DNA of 64,000 nt from Candidatus Hydrogenedentota bacterium (GCA_045863335.1 BTVY01000020.1:1-64000), one strand, 5' to 3'; counted from the stretch's first letter, positions 28,249 through 38,956 are shown. Notes: generated by a model not told the origin, from the letters alone. Translations and numbers: made by a program.

Positions 28249-29118
28249 TTACCGGATCAGCGAGAAGAGGGCATCCGTCCCTTCGGTCCCGGAGAATTGA
28301 TCGACTCCAGAAAGCACGATACCGGCAATAACGCTGGCCAGCCCGTAACACAACCAAACCGCGTAAATCGCCAATCCTGCGTGCACCGTCTTCCGCAGCG
28401 TCCCGGACCATACCTTCGGCACGGGCAGTGCTGACAACGCGGCCAGCGGCAACCCCACCGCGAGCACCCAGAAAAACCATGAGCCGGCGTCCTGCATGAG
28501 CCAACTCCAGCGCCGCTCCAGCATCAGCGGTTGGGCCGCAATCGCCTCGTACCCGCGGGCAATGAAGACCAGTAGAAGCCAAGCGCCATAGTGCAGCGCA
28601 AGCGCCACCCCAAAGGTTGCCCCCAACGTCTTCGCGATCTTCAAGGGCTCAAGGGGCTCGATGCCACGGCGTTCGCCAAAGAAGTAGTCCCAGAAGAAGA
28701 CTCCCAGGTAGGCCAGTAAAAGCACCGGCAGCAGCGGCAGCACCAGTCCCATAAGCACGACGATCACCCGCACGATACTCGCATCAATATCCAGCTTCCG
28801 CGCGATTCCCGAACAAACCCCGAGCCAGACCCGGTCCGGCCAGGAAACGAAGGTAGTTGTCGGGAATTTGTCCGCAGGAACCAGACGGGAAGCCTGACGC
28901 GCCGGACTGCCGAGATTTCCCAGCAGATTCTCCAGGTCGATATCCGCAATGCCGTTCGGAAACTTCTTGAGTTCCGTCTCAATCCGGGTATTCAGCTTGG
29001 CCAGCGCGGCTTCACGGTCGCGGGAAGGGACATCGTTGAGCTGATCCCCGACTTCCTTGAGATACTGCGTGATTCGGCGCTCCTGGCGCTCGGTCAGTTT
29101 TGGTGCGTCGCTTGGCAT
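28249..29118 (-). CDS. PspC-domain membrane protein with N-terminal helical extension
   Basis: DRVWLGVCSGIARKLDIDASIVRVIVV PspC motif, an N-terminal YL..V...L...LGSP segment and several C-terminal TMs. Confidence 0.8.
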   Translation of the reverse strand: MPSDAPKLTERQERRITQYLKEVGDQLNDVPSRDREAALAKLNTRIETELKKFPNGIADIDLENLLGNLGSPARQASRLVPADKFPTTTFVSWPDRVWLGVCSGIARKLDIDASIVRVIVVLMGLVLPLLPVLLLAYLGVFFWDYFFGERRGIEPLEPLKIAKTLGATFGVALALHYGAWLLLVFIARGYEAIAAQPLMLERRWSWLMQDAGSWFFWVLAVGLPLAALSALPVPKVWSGTLRKTVHAGLAIYAVWLCYGLASVIAGIVLSGVDQFSGTEGTDALFSLIR

Positions 29119-29194
29119 GGGCGAAGTATAGACCGAAGGTTGGCTGGAAGGTCAAGGACGGCGTGCCATTCGCGCACCCCAATGCCCGAGACAT

Positions 29195-31204
29195 TCATTC
29201 GGTACCGTCTTCACTCGTGTAGAACCGAAACGCGGCGACCGGCTGTCCCGCAACGCCGAAATCGCCCGCAACCCGCACCCACGACGGCTCGGCATCGTCT
29301 GACCACGGATCGAGGGTCAAGGTAGTCGCGCAAACCGCTCGCTCCAGTGGCGGCACCGATACGGTCCATTCGCGCGTTCCAAGCACCCAGCCCTGCGGCG
29401 GATCTTTGAACGCGACCTTCCCTACGACTGGCGCGTCGGAAAAGTTGTAGACCAAGAGGCGCAGGTCCGCGGGAACGCCCGGTTCCAGCGCGCGCTCGTA
29501 CTGTGGCGTCCAGCCTTGGGTCTTGTCGACCACAACCCGCTCCGCCATTTCAAGCTGCAACACCACGGGCGATGGCTTACCAACTTGCCGTTCTACGCTT
29601 CGAGGTGCTTCCAGGTTTAGTTTGCCGGTTTCATTCTTCGGGAGCACGAGGAAGATGGCGTTTGACTCAAGCGTTGCAGGCACTCCAGATGGAATTGGGC
29701 GGCCAAGATAATCGTACACCGCCGTTGCCTTAACGTCGGACGGCAATGACCAGTCCAGGGTCGCCGTGCCGCGCCGATCCCAATCGCCCGGATGTTCGAA
29801 CCACGCGATCAGTACATCATGATGCTCGCCATCGGGAACGCCTCGAAACGCGTAAATGTGGGCATCGGGCTGGTTCTCGAAGTGCCAGCGTCCCAGACAC
29901 GTGGCCCCCGCGAGAAAGCGCCCCAACGCCGCCGTCGCAACGTAACTGGGACGCGGCGTGAGATCCTTGCGCAACAATCCGAACTGAACCGCGCCGTTCT
30001 GCTCCATGTAATGTCCGAGAATGAAATGAAAGTGCCGCTCTGCCCCGTTGAACAGGCTTGTCGCATACGAGTGCGCCATGAACGCCGCCTTCTTGAGGGC
30101 ATCCTCTCGGGTAAAGTCGCCCCACTCCGACTCCGGATCGGGACGCATCCCCCGGTCGCACTCCGTCACCCAGATCGGCCTGCCGGCGGATGCCCGGCGC
30201 GCGGGCTCCCACAGCCGATCGTACGAATCCGGCCAGTCGTAGGAGTGAATGCCGTAGGTTTCGTAGTATGGCCACGTCTCGTTTGCCAGAATTCCGTCGG
30301 CCATGCTCGCCGCGTTCACGCCCGCGATGGGTTGCCAGCAGACCGTCACGTCCGGGTTCCCTGCCTTGAACCCCAGGTAGGCGGCCTTCTGGTTCGCGCA
30401 CATCTCGTCGATCGTCTGGCCGCCGAAGTTGCCGGAATTCGCCTCGTTCCAAGGCTCCCACGCGTCCACGGAACTGCCGAAGCGATGCGCCACGTTTTCC
30501 GAAAATCGATAGACATCGCGCAGGTCCGGCGCGAAACGGCCATGGTCGCGCTTCGAATCGGTAGCCCATTGGGGCGTGTCGTGCCACACCTGCAAAACCT
30601 GCAATCCGTAGTCTTTTTGAATCTGCGCGGCCTTGTCATACTGCGTAGGCGGTGCGAAACTTCCCCGCTCCGGCTCGATCTCGCGCCACCGCAGCCGGTC
30701 GCGAATCCAGTTGGCACCCGCCAGACTCGCCAGCGAGGCGTACGCATCCTGCGTCACGGGATCGCCGGTTGCAAACCAGGAAACGGCTCCATCAAGACAA
30801 ACCGGAGAATCGTCGGGAATTGGAGTGCTCCACGGAGCGAGAACCGCCGCCGTCGTGCGAGCGACCTCTTGATGGCCCGCGTCCAGGAACTCTACTTCAT
30901 ACCAACCGATTCCTATCGACCCGAGCGCCACGGAGTCTTTGATCATTCCCTCGGCGACGACACCGCCGCGATCGTCGAGCGCGCGCCAATGCGTTGCCGC
31001 CGAATCCAGGTTTTCGGGAAGGGCGACAACGACCACCTCTCCCTCCACGAATGTGTTGCCCGGATGGTTCGGCATCGGCGCCGGCGGCGTGCGATCTTGC
31101 GCGTTCGCACTGAATGCGACTAGCACAGCCGCCAATATCTCAGGCCAAACAGACGAACGTCTACGCGCGGCGCCTCGTCGCAGGTCGCTTTTCCCCAGAC
31201 GCAT
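29195..31204 (-). CDS. Secreted putative glycoside hydrolase (clan GH-A, GH39/GH5-like)
   Basis: Signal peptide, GANWIRD..W..IEPERG, WEPWNEAN (acid/base), IHSY, IWVTE (nucleophile) and FGLL...TPRPSYVA. Confidence 0.7.
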   Translation of the reverse strand: MRLGKSDLRRGAARRRSSVWPEILAAVLVAFSANAQDRTPPAPMPNHPGNTFVEGEVVVVALPENLDSAATHWRALDDRGGVVAEGMIKDSVALGSIGIGWYEVEFLDAGHQEVARTTAAVLAPWSTPIPDDSPVCLDGAVSWFATGDPVTQDAYASLASLAGANWIRDRLRWREIEPERGSFAPPTQYDKAAQIQKDYGLQVLQVWHDTPQWATDSKRDHGRFAPDLRDVYRFSENVAHRFGSSVDAWEPWNEANSGNFGGQTIDEMCANQKAAYLGFKAGNPDVTVCWQPIAGVNAASMADGILANETWPYYETYGIHSYDWPDSYDRLWEPARRASAGRPIWVTECDRGMRPDPESEWGDFTREDALKKAAFMAHSYATSLFNGAERHFHFILGHYMEQNGAVQFGLLRKDLTPRPSYVATAALGRFLAGATCLGRWHFENQPDAHIYAFRGVPDGEHHDVLIAWFEHPGDWDRRGTATLDWSLPSDVKATAVYDYLGRPIPSGVPATLESNAIFLVLPKNETGKLNLEAPRSVERQVGKPSPVVLQLEMAERVVVDKTQGWTPQYERALEPGVPADLRLLVYNFSDAPVVGKVAFKDPPQGWVLGTREWTVSVPPLERAVCATTLTLDPWSDDAEPSWVRVAGDFGVAGQPVAAFRFYTSEDGTE

Positions 31205-31207
31205 GGT

Positions 31208-34141
31208 TTACTCCCCCGTTTGCTCTCCTTTCAGATACCCGATCAGGTCGCGAAGTTGCTGCTTCGTCATGGCCTTCTCGAGTTCCTCCGGCATGAGCGA
31301 AAGACTCGCGGTATACATAGTTTCGATCGCGTCGCGCTGGATGGTGTCCTCCACCCCCAGGGGACCGCGGATCGTGATCGTCGATTCGGTCTGCGAAGTG
31401 ATGATACCGGAATAGGTCTGAAAATCCAGGGTTTCGACGACGTAGTTCTCGTAGCCCTCCACAAGAAGACTGTTCGGCATGATGATGTGCAGCAAAATCG
31501 ATTCGATGGGCTGGCTGCGAATGTCGGTGAGATCCGGACCAACCGCGAAACCCTCTCCCTTGAAGGTGTGGCACGACGAGCACAGTTCTTTGAAGACACC
31601 GTGGCCTTCGGCGGGATGAGGAGCCAACGCCAGGGCGGACTTGAACTCCTCATACACCATCGCTCGGTCAGTCGTCTTCACAGCGGCGAACGCGGCATCC
31701 GCCCGCTGCTTGATGGTTTCGTCTTTGCTGCGCTGCAACCGGCTGCGCGTGGCCGGGTCGATTGCCCACGCCTCGATCGCGCCGGCATCGATGGCATCCA
31801 TCAGCGTGAGGATACGCTCCTTGTTAGTTAGCATCGCGCCGAGTACCGCCGTGCGCGAAGGTTTGGTCAGCGGACGCCACGTATTCGCGTCGACGAGCAA
31901 TGGACCGACGCGTTCGTCCTGGATCGTGCCCAAGGCTTGTACCGCAGCCACTTGCAACTCCTGCGCCTCGTGAGGCGTCAAAAGCGCGGCGAGCGGAATT
32001 GCCGCCGTATCGTAGTTGGTGTATCCGAGCATCCGCACCGCCGCAAGCCGGTCGGGCAGCGGCGCATCGCCATCCCCCGCCACTTCGGCCGCCGCCTGGA
32101 CCATGGATCTGATGTGCTGAATACCGGCCTCGTCTAATCTCTCCGACCCCTTCAATCGCGCCAGCGCGGAGCCGCCGGGTTCAAACTGTTTCCCCTGATG
32201 AATGCCTTCCAAAACGCCGGTCACTCCCGCGACCTGCCAAGAGGGCGCGGGAACTGCGGCGGACTCGCTCAACAGATCGGTGACGAATGCGCCCGTCGCC
32301 GTGGCGTCTTGGCCCAGCGCGAAGGTACGGCCAAGGGTGCTCAACATGTCAGGGAGAGACTCGGCATCCCGTGGCATAACGGCGAGAAAGGCCTCCGCAA
32401 AGGCGGGCATGCCTCCGCCAGCACTGCTGAGCGCAGCGGCACGCATCCACTCGTCGTCGATGCCTTTGGCCGCGATGGTAGCCAGCGCCTGTGGAACACG
32501 TGTGTCCTCCGCATCGCCAAGCGCCAATGCCGCCGCAAAACGCACGTTGGCCTCGGGATCATCAGCCAGTGCAATCAGTTGGTCCACGATCGCCTCCGAC
32601 CCCAACACCCGCCACCACGCGAGATGAACCGCCGTCTCCCGCAGGTCGGGAGACGGGTCTATCATACCCGCGATCATCTCTTCGTCGTCCAGTTCCTGAA
32701 AGGCTTGCAGGAGATGCATGGCGTGCGCCTTCGCTTGGGGTAAGGCCGCATTCGCGAGTACGCGATGAAGCGGCCCGGCGATGGCAGGATCTTCACGCTC
32801 AATCAAGAGCCGATGCGCCGTGTCGCGGGTCCACCCGTTCGGCTGCTGCAACGCTTTGCAGAGCGCCTCGACGCTGGTATCACCGAACCGCGCCTTGGCT
32901 AGCGCCTCCCCCGCGGAAGGCGCATCCGCCGAAGCGATGCGATAGATGCGGCCATGTTGTTTCCCGCTGTCGAAGTCTGTCACCGCGGCGACCTCCGGCG
33001 GCAGATAGGTGGGGTGCTCGATGGTCTTGCGATACATGTCGCAAAGGTAGAGCGCGCCGTCGGGACCGTTGCACAAGAACACCGGACGTGACCAGTTATC
33101 TGTCGTCGCGAGGAACTCGACCCCATCGCGCACGCGCTCGGCCACGAAGGTGCCGCCTTCGCGCACCAGCCGATCCGTATGCACGAGGTTCGCCGTCGGT
33201 TCGCACACGAAACTGTTGCCACGGTATTCCACCGGCAACGCCGTCCCGCGGAAGATCGTCAAACCGCAGGCCGCTGTGAACGTACCCGCGTGCGCGTACG
33301 CCGTAGTAGGCGCTTCACTCAACGCATAGATCTTCGCCGCAGCGCCGTGGTCCGGGATGTCGCAATACGTCTGGGTAGATCCAAGATTCGGGTTGCGCGA
33401 CAACCACTGCGGTTGCATCACCACATGCGCGACGTGCCGCCGGTTGCTGCAAAAGAACTTGCGTCCATAGTCGTCGAAAGCCTGCCCAAACTGGGCCTGT
33501 CCGGCCGTCGTTTCGAAGGATCCTGTCAACGGAAAAAACCGGAAATCATAGCTGCCCATCGTGATCGGCCCGATCTCGGGATAGTCCGGCGACGTGACCT
33601 CTCCCCCACTCAACCCATTCGTGAGGTAGATCCAGTTGTCGATGTTCAACGTGGGATGGCTGACGCGGAGCTGCGTCGACCCGCCGAGCGAGAAGCCGGA
33701 AAGCATCGACTCCTTTACGTCCGCTTTCTTGTCCCCATCCGTATCCTTGAAAAAGAGCACGTCCGGCGCGCAGGTCACGATGATCCCGCCTTTCCAGGGC
33801 ATGACCCCGTTGGGGAACGTGAGCTTGTCCGCGAACACCGACCGCGTTTCGAAGTAGCCGTCTTCGTCCGTGTCCTCCAACAGCGCCACACTGCCGACAG
33901 AATCGCTTTCGTCCTGCGTCGGGTAGCCACGATTCTCGACCACGTACAACCGCCCTGCTTCGTCAAAGCACAGGGCAACGGGATCGAACACCTCCGGCTC
34001 GGCCGCAATCAACTCGATCCGGACATCGGGTGCCAGTTGAAATAACTCAACAGCTTCCTTTGCAGGGATCGGGTCAAGCTGTTCGGCCCAGGCCAAGGGA
34101 AAGCATAAACTCATCACAAGCAAACAAAGAACGGACCGCAT
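31208..34141 (-). CDS. PVC-type membrane-bound dehydrogenase domain protein (beta-propeller, HEAT repeats and c-type haem)
   Basis: AAEPEVFDPVA..FDE.GRLYVVE.RGYP, EDTDEDG, CEPTANLVH, GPDGALYLCDMYR, HEAT-like repeats, CSSCH, VGPDLT and SLMPEEL. Confidence 0.9.
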   Translation of the reverse strand: MRSVLCLLVMSLCFPLAWAEQLDPIPAKEAVELFQLAPDVRIELIAAEPEVFDPVALCFDEAGRLYVVENRGYPTQDESDSVGSVALLEDTDEDGYFETRSVFADKLTFPNGVMPWKGGIIVTCAPDVLFFKDTDGDKKADVKESMLSGFSLGGSTQLRVSHPTLNIDNWIYLTNGLSGGEVTSPDYPEIGPITMGSYDFRFFPLTGSFETTAGQAQFGQAFDDYGRKFFCSNRRHVAHVVMQPQWLSRNPNLGSTQTYCDIPDHGAAAKIYALSEAPTTAYAHAGTFTAACGLTIFRGTALPVEYRGNSFVCEPTANLVHTDRLVREGGTFVAERVRDGVEFLATTDNWSRPVFLCNGPDGALYLCDMYRKTIEHPTYLPPEVAAVTDFDSGKQHGRIYRIASADAPSAGEALAKARFGDTSVEALCKALQQPNGWTRDTAHRLLIEREDPAIAGPLHRVLANAALPQAKAHAMHLLQAFQELDDEEMIAGMIDPSPDLRETAVHLAWWRVLGSEAIVDQLIALADDPEANVRFAAALALGDAEDTRVPQALATIAAKGIDDEWMRAAALSSAGGGMPAFAEAFLAVMPRDAESLPDMLSTLGRTFALGQDATATGAFVTDLLSESAAVPAPSWQVAGVTGVLEGIHQGKQFEPGGSALARLKGSERLDEAGIQHIRSMVQAAAEVAGDGDAPLPDRLAAVRMLGYTNYDTAAIPLAALLTPHEAQELQVAAVQALGTIQDERVGPLLVDANTWRPLTKPSRTAVLGAMLTNKERILTLMDAIDAGAIEAWAIDPATRSRLQRSKDETIKQRADAAFAAVKTTDRAMVYEEFKSALALAPHPAEGHGVFKELCSSCHTFKGEGFAVGPDLTDIRSQPIESILLHIIMPNSLLVEGYENYVVETLDFQTYSGIITSQTESTITIRGPLGVEDTIQRDAIETMYTASLSLMPEELEKAMTKQQLRDLIGYLKGEQTGE

Positions 34142-34327
34142 ACATCTCTCCTTGGGGATTCACCAGACAGTCCGCGTAGCATACCGAATCGCAGGTCCCT
34201 GTGAGAAACGCCGGATTTGCCGGATTTGATCGGGATTCGCTGCTTCGGTACCGTTTAAACGCGGATCGGGGCAGGACCGCCTGTCCCGCTTGGGCCGCAA
34301 TGAAACCACACGAGGTGCAGTACAATC

Positions 34328-35704
34328 ATGATATCGATTTGGCGGATACTCGGAATTTGCGCAGGAGTAGGACTCATGACCGCGTTACCGGTTTGTGCGG
34401 ACGGTATGAAGATTGGCGCGGGCCGGTGCATCATCACGCCGGAAAAGCCTATGTGGATGTCCGGCTATGCCAGCCGGACCGAGCCGTCGGACGGCAAGCT
34501 GCATGACCTCTGGACGAAAGCCCTCGTGATCGAAGATGAAGGCGGCGCCCGCGGCGTCATTGTGACGACCGATCTCGTCGGTTTGCCCGCTAGCATCTCC
34601 GGTCCGACCGCCGAAAAGATCGCGCAGGAGTTCGACATCCCTCGGGAACGCGTCATGCTTACGGCATCCCACACACACAGCGGTCCCGTGCTACGGGACA
34701 ACTTGTTCGACATGTACGGGCTGACCGAAGAACAGTGGGCGCTCGTCGAAGAGTACACCGAGCTGTTACCGGAACTAATCCTCACCGCAGTGCGGCAAGG
34801 CGTGGAAAACCTGGAACCCGGCACCTTGCACTGGGGCATTGGCGAAGCAGGCTTCGCGAAGAATCGCCGCAAGTACACCATTGACGGCGTCACCAACGAT
34901 TTCAACCCCATCGGCCCCGTTGACCACGACGTACCCGTGCTCTCGGCGCGCGCGGCCGATGGTTCGTTGAAAGCGGTCCTGTTCGGGTACGCCTGCCATT
35001 GCACCGTGCTTGGAATTCAACAGTGGAACGGCGACTACGCCGGTTTCGCGCAAGTCTACCTTGAGGAACAACTCCCCGGGACCACGGCGTTGTTCGTCGC
35101 GGGTTGCGGCGGCGACCAGAATCCGCTGCCGCGCCGCGAGATCGAACTCGCGGAAAAATACGGCAAGGAGTTGGGCCAATCGGTGGAGGCAGTGTTGAAC
35201 GGCACGATGGCCGACGTGCACGGCCCCCTTTGCGCGGCGTACAAGGAAATCCCGCTGGCGCTGAGCGAACCGCCGACCCGCGAAGAAGTCGAGAAGCAGT
35301 TGGAAGACCCGAACGTCTATATCCAGCGCCGGGCCAAGGGACTCCTGCGCAAGTTCGACGCAAAGGGCGCCCTGGACACGACGTACCCCTACCCGGTGCA
35401 GGTCTGGAAACTGGGCGACACGCTTCAGTTCACCGTGCTTGGCGGCGAGGCGACTGTCGACTACTCCCTGCGGCTCAAGTATGAACTTGGCCGCGAAAAG
35501 CATTTCGTCATTGCCTATGCCAACGACGTGTGCTCGTACATCCCCTCGTTACGCGTGTTGCGCGAAGGCGGGTACGAGGGCGAATCTTCTATGATCTATT
35601 ACGGATTCTACGGCCCGTGGGCGCCTCCCATCGAGGAGCATATCGTGGCCGCGGTGCATGAGTTGACAGAACAAACGGGTGCGGCCGTCGCCAACGGTGG
35701 CTAA
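34328..35704 (+). CDS. Secreted neutral/alkaline ceramidase-family protein
   Basis: ITP...MSGYASR, HDLWTKAL, ASHTHSGP, GPVDHDVPVL, YACHCT, GCGGDQNP, YANDV..YIPS and EGGYEG. Confidence 0.85.
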   Translation: MISIWRILGICAGVGLMTALPVCADGMKIGAGRCIITPEKPMWMSGYASRTEPSDGKLHDLWTKALVIEDEGGARGVIVTTDLVGLPASISGPTAEKIAQEFDIPRERVMLTASHTHSGPVLRDNLFDMYGLTEEQWALVEEYTELLPELILTAVRQGVENLEPGTLHWGIGEAGFAKNRRKYTIDGVTNDFNPIGPVDHDVPVLSARAADGSLKAVLFGYACHCTVLGIQQWNGDYAGFAQVYLEEQLPGTTALFVAGCGGDQNPLPRREIELAEKYGKELGQSVEAVLNGTMADVHGPLCAAYKEIPLALSEPPTREEVEKQLEDPNVYIQRRAKGLLRKFDAKGALDTTYPYPVQVWKLGDTLQFTVLGGEATVDYSLRLKYELGREKHFVIAYANDVCSYIPSLRVLREGGYEGESSMIYYGFYGPWAPPIEEHIVAAVHELTEQTGAAVANGG

Positions 35705-35730
35705 CGCCGCAAACGAGGGGAACTCGAACG

Positions 35731-37191
35731 ATGTGTGGTGCGCTTCGTAGTATGATGCTTGCAGTGGCAGCCGTTCTGGCCTTGGGCGCAGGGCCGGCCA
35801 TGGCGCAGGAGGAAAAAGCGGTGGAATTCAAAGCGGGGGCGGCGGTCAGCAACATATCGCCGTGGATGGGATTGTCATTGGCCGGCCACATGCAGGACCG
35901 CGTCGTCGATAACGTGCACGACCAACTGCACGTGCGAAGTCTCGTGCTCGATGACGGAACAACGCGATTGGCCTTTGCCGTCGTGGACAGTTGCATGGTG
36001 CCGAAAGAAATCATCGACGCGGCAAAGAAAACGATCGAAGAGTCGACGGGCCTGCCCGCGAGCCACATACTCGTATCGGCGACCCACACGCACACGGCGC
36101 CCTGTTCCACGCCGGTATTCCAAACGGACCCGAGCGAGGACTACCAGCGCTTCCTGACCGCGCGCATCGTGGATGCGGTGCAATGCGCCATCAACAATCT
36201 TGCCCCGGCGCGGATCGGGTTCGGGCAGGGCAGTCTGCCCGACGAAGTCTTCAACCGACGCTGGCGCATGAAACCTGGCACCATCGGCCCCGACCCCTTT
36301 GGGAACGACGATGAACTTGTGAAGATGAATCCGCCCCGCGCCAGCGAGGATCTCATCGAACCGGCCGGACCCATCGATCCGTCCATTCCGTTCCTCGCCG
36401 TGGAAACCGCGGACGGCGAACCCCTCGCGTTGCTCGCGAACTACTCCCTCCACTATATCGGCGGGACCGGCGGCGGCGATGCCTCCGCCGACTATTTCGG
36501 CATGTTTGCGGACCGCATCCAGGAGCTGCTGAAAGCCGACCGGCGCGATCCCGCCTTCGTGGGCATTATGACCAACGGCACCAGCGGCGACATCAACAAC
36601 ATCAACTTCCGCGTGCCCGCCGAAGCGCAGCAACCGTTCGAGCAAATGCGGAAAGTGGCGAACAAAGTCGCCGCGGAAGTGTTCCAGGCGTACCAAGACG
36701 TGCAGTTCCAGGACTGGGTGCAATTGTCCGCCGCCCAGGAGCAGATCGAACTGGGCGTGCGCAAACCGGACGAAGCCGAACTGGTCCGGGCCAAGGAAAT
36801 CATCGCTCAGGCCGAAGGGCCCGAAATGAAGACCATGCCGGAGATTTATGCCCGCGAGTCGGTGCTCATCGCCGAGTACCCTGACACCGTGCCGGTCCTC
36901 CTCCAGGCCTTCCGCATTGGTGACGTGTTGATTTCCGCAGTCCCCTGCGAAGTGTTCGTCGAGATCGGTCTCCACCTGAAAGAGCAAAGCCCTCTCGACA
37001 AGAGCTTCACCATCGAACTCGCCAACGGCTATAACGGCTACCTCCCCACGACGGAGCAGCACTCCTGGGGTGGCTACGAAACCTGGCGCGCCCGTTCCAG
37101 CTACCTCGAAGTCGAGGCCGACCAGAAGATCGCCGAAACCGTTTTGAACCTGTACGGGCAGGTCACCGCCGGTATGGAGCAGGGCGGATAA
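35731..37191 (+). CDS. Second secreted ceramidase-family protein (divergent paralogue)
   Basis: VHDQLHVRSLVLDDG, SATHTHTAP, FNRRW, GPIDP, ANYSLHY, SADYFG, NGTSGDINN and ELANGYNGYLPT...GGYET. Confidence 0.85.
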   Translation: MCGALRSMMLAVAAVLALGAGPAMAQEEKAVEFKAGAAVSNISPWMGLSLAGHMQDRVVDNVHDQLHVRSLVLDDGTTRLAFAVVDSCMVPKEIIDAAKKTIEESTGLPASHILVSATHTHTAPCSTPVFQTDPSEDYQRFLTARIVDAVQCAINNLAPARIGFGQGSLPDEVFNRRWRMKPGTIGPDPFGNDDELVKMNPPRASEDLIEPAGPIDPSIPFLAVETADGEPLALLANYSLHYIGGTGGGDASADYFGMFADRIQELLKADRRDPAFVGIMTNGTSGDINNINFRVPAEAQQPFEQMRKVANKVAAEVFQAYQDVQFQDWVQLSAAQEQIELGVRKPDEAELVRAKEIIAQAEGPEMKTMPEIYARESVLIAEYPDTVPVLLQAFRIGDVLISAVPCEVFVEIGLHLKEQSPLDKSFTIELANGYNGYLPTTEQHSWGGYETWRARSSYLEVEADQKIAETVLNLYGQVTAGMEQGG

Positions 37192-37245
37192 TACGACAAA
37201 GCTGGAGTCTGGACAGTCTGACGCAACCATGCGGCCAAAAATGAA

Positions 37246-37279
37246 CGCGCCGGTAACGGACTTCTCCGTTACCGGCGCG
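37246..37279. terminator. Hairpin between convergent genes (probable bidirectional terminator)
   Basis: Perfect 15-bp stem CGCGCCGGTAACGGA / TCCGTTACCGGCGCG with a CTTC loop. Confidence 0.65.
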
Positions 37280-37304
37280 CCAACGTTCTACGGACGACGA
37301 TCGC

Positions 37305-38069
37305 CTAATCCAGCTTCTTCACATACACATTCCGGAACTGCACGAGGCTTGAAGCCGAATTCCACTCGTCTTTGCTCGCGTTGTATCCGCCGTGATGCTG
37401 GAGCGCGAGGGCGCCCTTCTCGGGCACGCCCGGCAATTGCGCGTTGTCGAGGACCTTTTCGCCGTTCAACTCGACCGTGAGTTTGTCACCGTCCATCGTG
37501 ATGAGGAACGTGTTCCACTCGCCGACGGGTTTGTCCATGTTCTTCGACGGCGTCACTCCCGCGCGCACCGACGCCGGCATCTCCTTGTCCATGCGATAGC
37601 CATACACTTCACCGGAACCAACCGGCCAGCACCAGATGTTCACCTGCGCCTTGGAGGTTCCCCGCAGGTAGATACCGGAATCGGCGTTCGGGAGGTTCTC
37701 GATGATTTCCTTCCCGTTCTCATCGGTCTTGTGGGAACCATCCGGCAGCACCACCGGCACTGGATATTCGCCCTTGGTTTCCTTGATACGCCACTCGACG
37801 TAGATCTGAACATCGCCGAACTCCTCTTCAGACCAGAGACTGTTGTCCCCCTCCTTCGGCGCATCGGCGCGGGGCATGCAGTCGATCACGCCATCCTGAA
37901 CCGTCCAGATCCCTTCGTTGCCCGAAGGAACCGTCCATCCACTCAAATCCTCCCCATTGAACAGGGGCTCCCACCCCTCGCCCTCCGGTGGCGCGGCATA
38001 TGCGGCTGCAGCGGTCATCATCGTGATACCGCAAATGGCCAAAAACCTCTTTGCTGTAGTCGTACGCAT
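37305..38069 (-). CDS. Secreted DUF1080 (3-keto-disaccharide hydrolase family) protein
   Basis: GWEPLFNGEDLSGW, ADSGIYLRG, KPVGEWNTFLI, LALQHHG and VQFRNVYVKKL. Confidence 0.92.
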   Translation of the reverse strand: MRTTTAKRFLAICGITMMTAAAAYAAPPEGEGWEPLFNGEDLSGWTVPSGNEGIWTVQDGVIDCMPRADAPKEGDNSLWSEEEFGDVQIYVEWRIKETKGEYPVPVVLPDGSHKTDENGKEIIENLPNADSGIYLRGTSKAQVNIWCWPVGSGEVYGYRMDKEMPASVRAGVTPSKNMDKPVGEWNTFLITMDGDKLTVELNGEKVLDNAQLPGVPEKGALALQHHGGYNASKDEWNSASSLVQFRNVYVKKLD

Positions 38070-38098
38070 TTAACATTTCTCCTCGTCAGCGTGACGCG

Positions 38099-38956
38099 TT
38101 AAATATCCAGCACCCGGTCCATGCGCGCCGCAATGTCCGCGAGCCGGGCACGGTCGCCCCCGCCCACTTCAGCCGTTGCCCAGCCACTGTAGTTGATGGC
38201 GAGCAGCTCCCGGCGCACGCCGGCCCAATCAATCTCGCCGTCGCCGATCTCCACTTCAAACCCTTTCCAGGGACCTTCGTCCATCTGTTTCGTGCGGCTA
38301 TACTCTTTGATGTCGAGCTTGTGGATGCGATCCCCCAGCACCGGGACCCAATGCTCCGGCCATCCGAATCGCGCCACGTTGCCCACATCGAAATACACCT
38401 TGACCCAGTCGCTCTCGAGTTCGTCGATATACCGCGCCATCTCCAGTGGCGACAGCAGGAAATTGTTCCACACGTTCTCCACGAGCAACAGGATGCCCTG
38501 TTCTTCCGCATACGGAATCGCATCGCGAATCGTCGCCTGCGTCTCTTCGTAGTTCTTCGCGTAGGGCATCTCTTCGTTGACCCGCCCCGCCACGAGCAGC
38601 ACGCTGGTCGCGCCGTAGAACTTCGCCAGGTCAATCGCGCCGGGAATGTCGTCAACGGATCCATTCACGACACCGTGGATCGGCAGCCCGGTCGATTCGC
38701 TCGCCGCCTTGACCGCGTCCCGGTCGACTTTGTCGCGCACGCCAATCTCGACGCCGTCGTATCCGATCTCTTTCAACATCGCCAGCTTCTCGGCCGGCGA
38801 CGCGTCTCCGGATATCATGGCGTACTTCACCGCCTTCTTGATCTTCCCCGTAAACTCGCCCGCCGCAGCCTTGGGCGCACCCTGGATCAGGGCCGCGCCG
38901 GCCACCGCAGCGCCCGCGAGTCGCACAAAAGAACGGCGACTGATGTTCTCTGCCAT
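38099..38956 (-). CDS. Tat-exported sugar-phosphate isomerase/epimerase-family (xylose-isomerase-like TIM barrel) protein
   Basis: SRRSFVR twin-arginine signal, GYDGVE, LVENVWNNFL, YFDVGN, KLDIKEY and WATAEV. Confidence 0.9.
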   Translation of the reverse strand: MAENISRRSFVRLAGAAVAGAALIQGAPKAAAGEFTGKIKKAVKYAMISGDASPAEKLAMLKEIGYDGVEIGVRDKVDRDAVKAASESTGLPIHGVVNGSVDDIPGAIDLAKFYGATSVLLVAGRVNEEMPYAKNYEETQATIRDAIPYAEEQGILLLVENVWNNFLLSPLEMARYIDELESDWVKVYFDVGNVARFGWPEHWVPVLGDRIHKLDIKEYSRTKQMDEGPWKGFEVEIGDGEIDWAGVRRELLAINYSGWATAEVGGGDRARLADIAARMDRVLDI

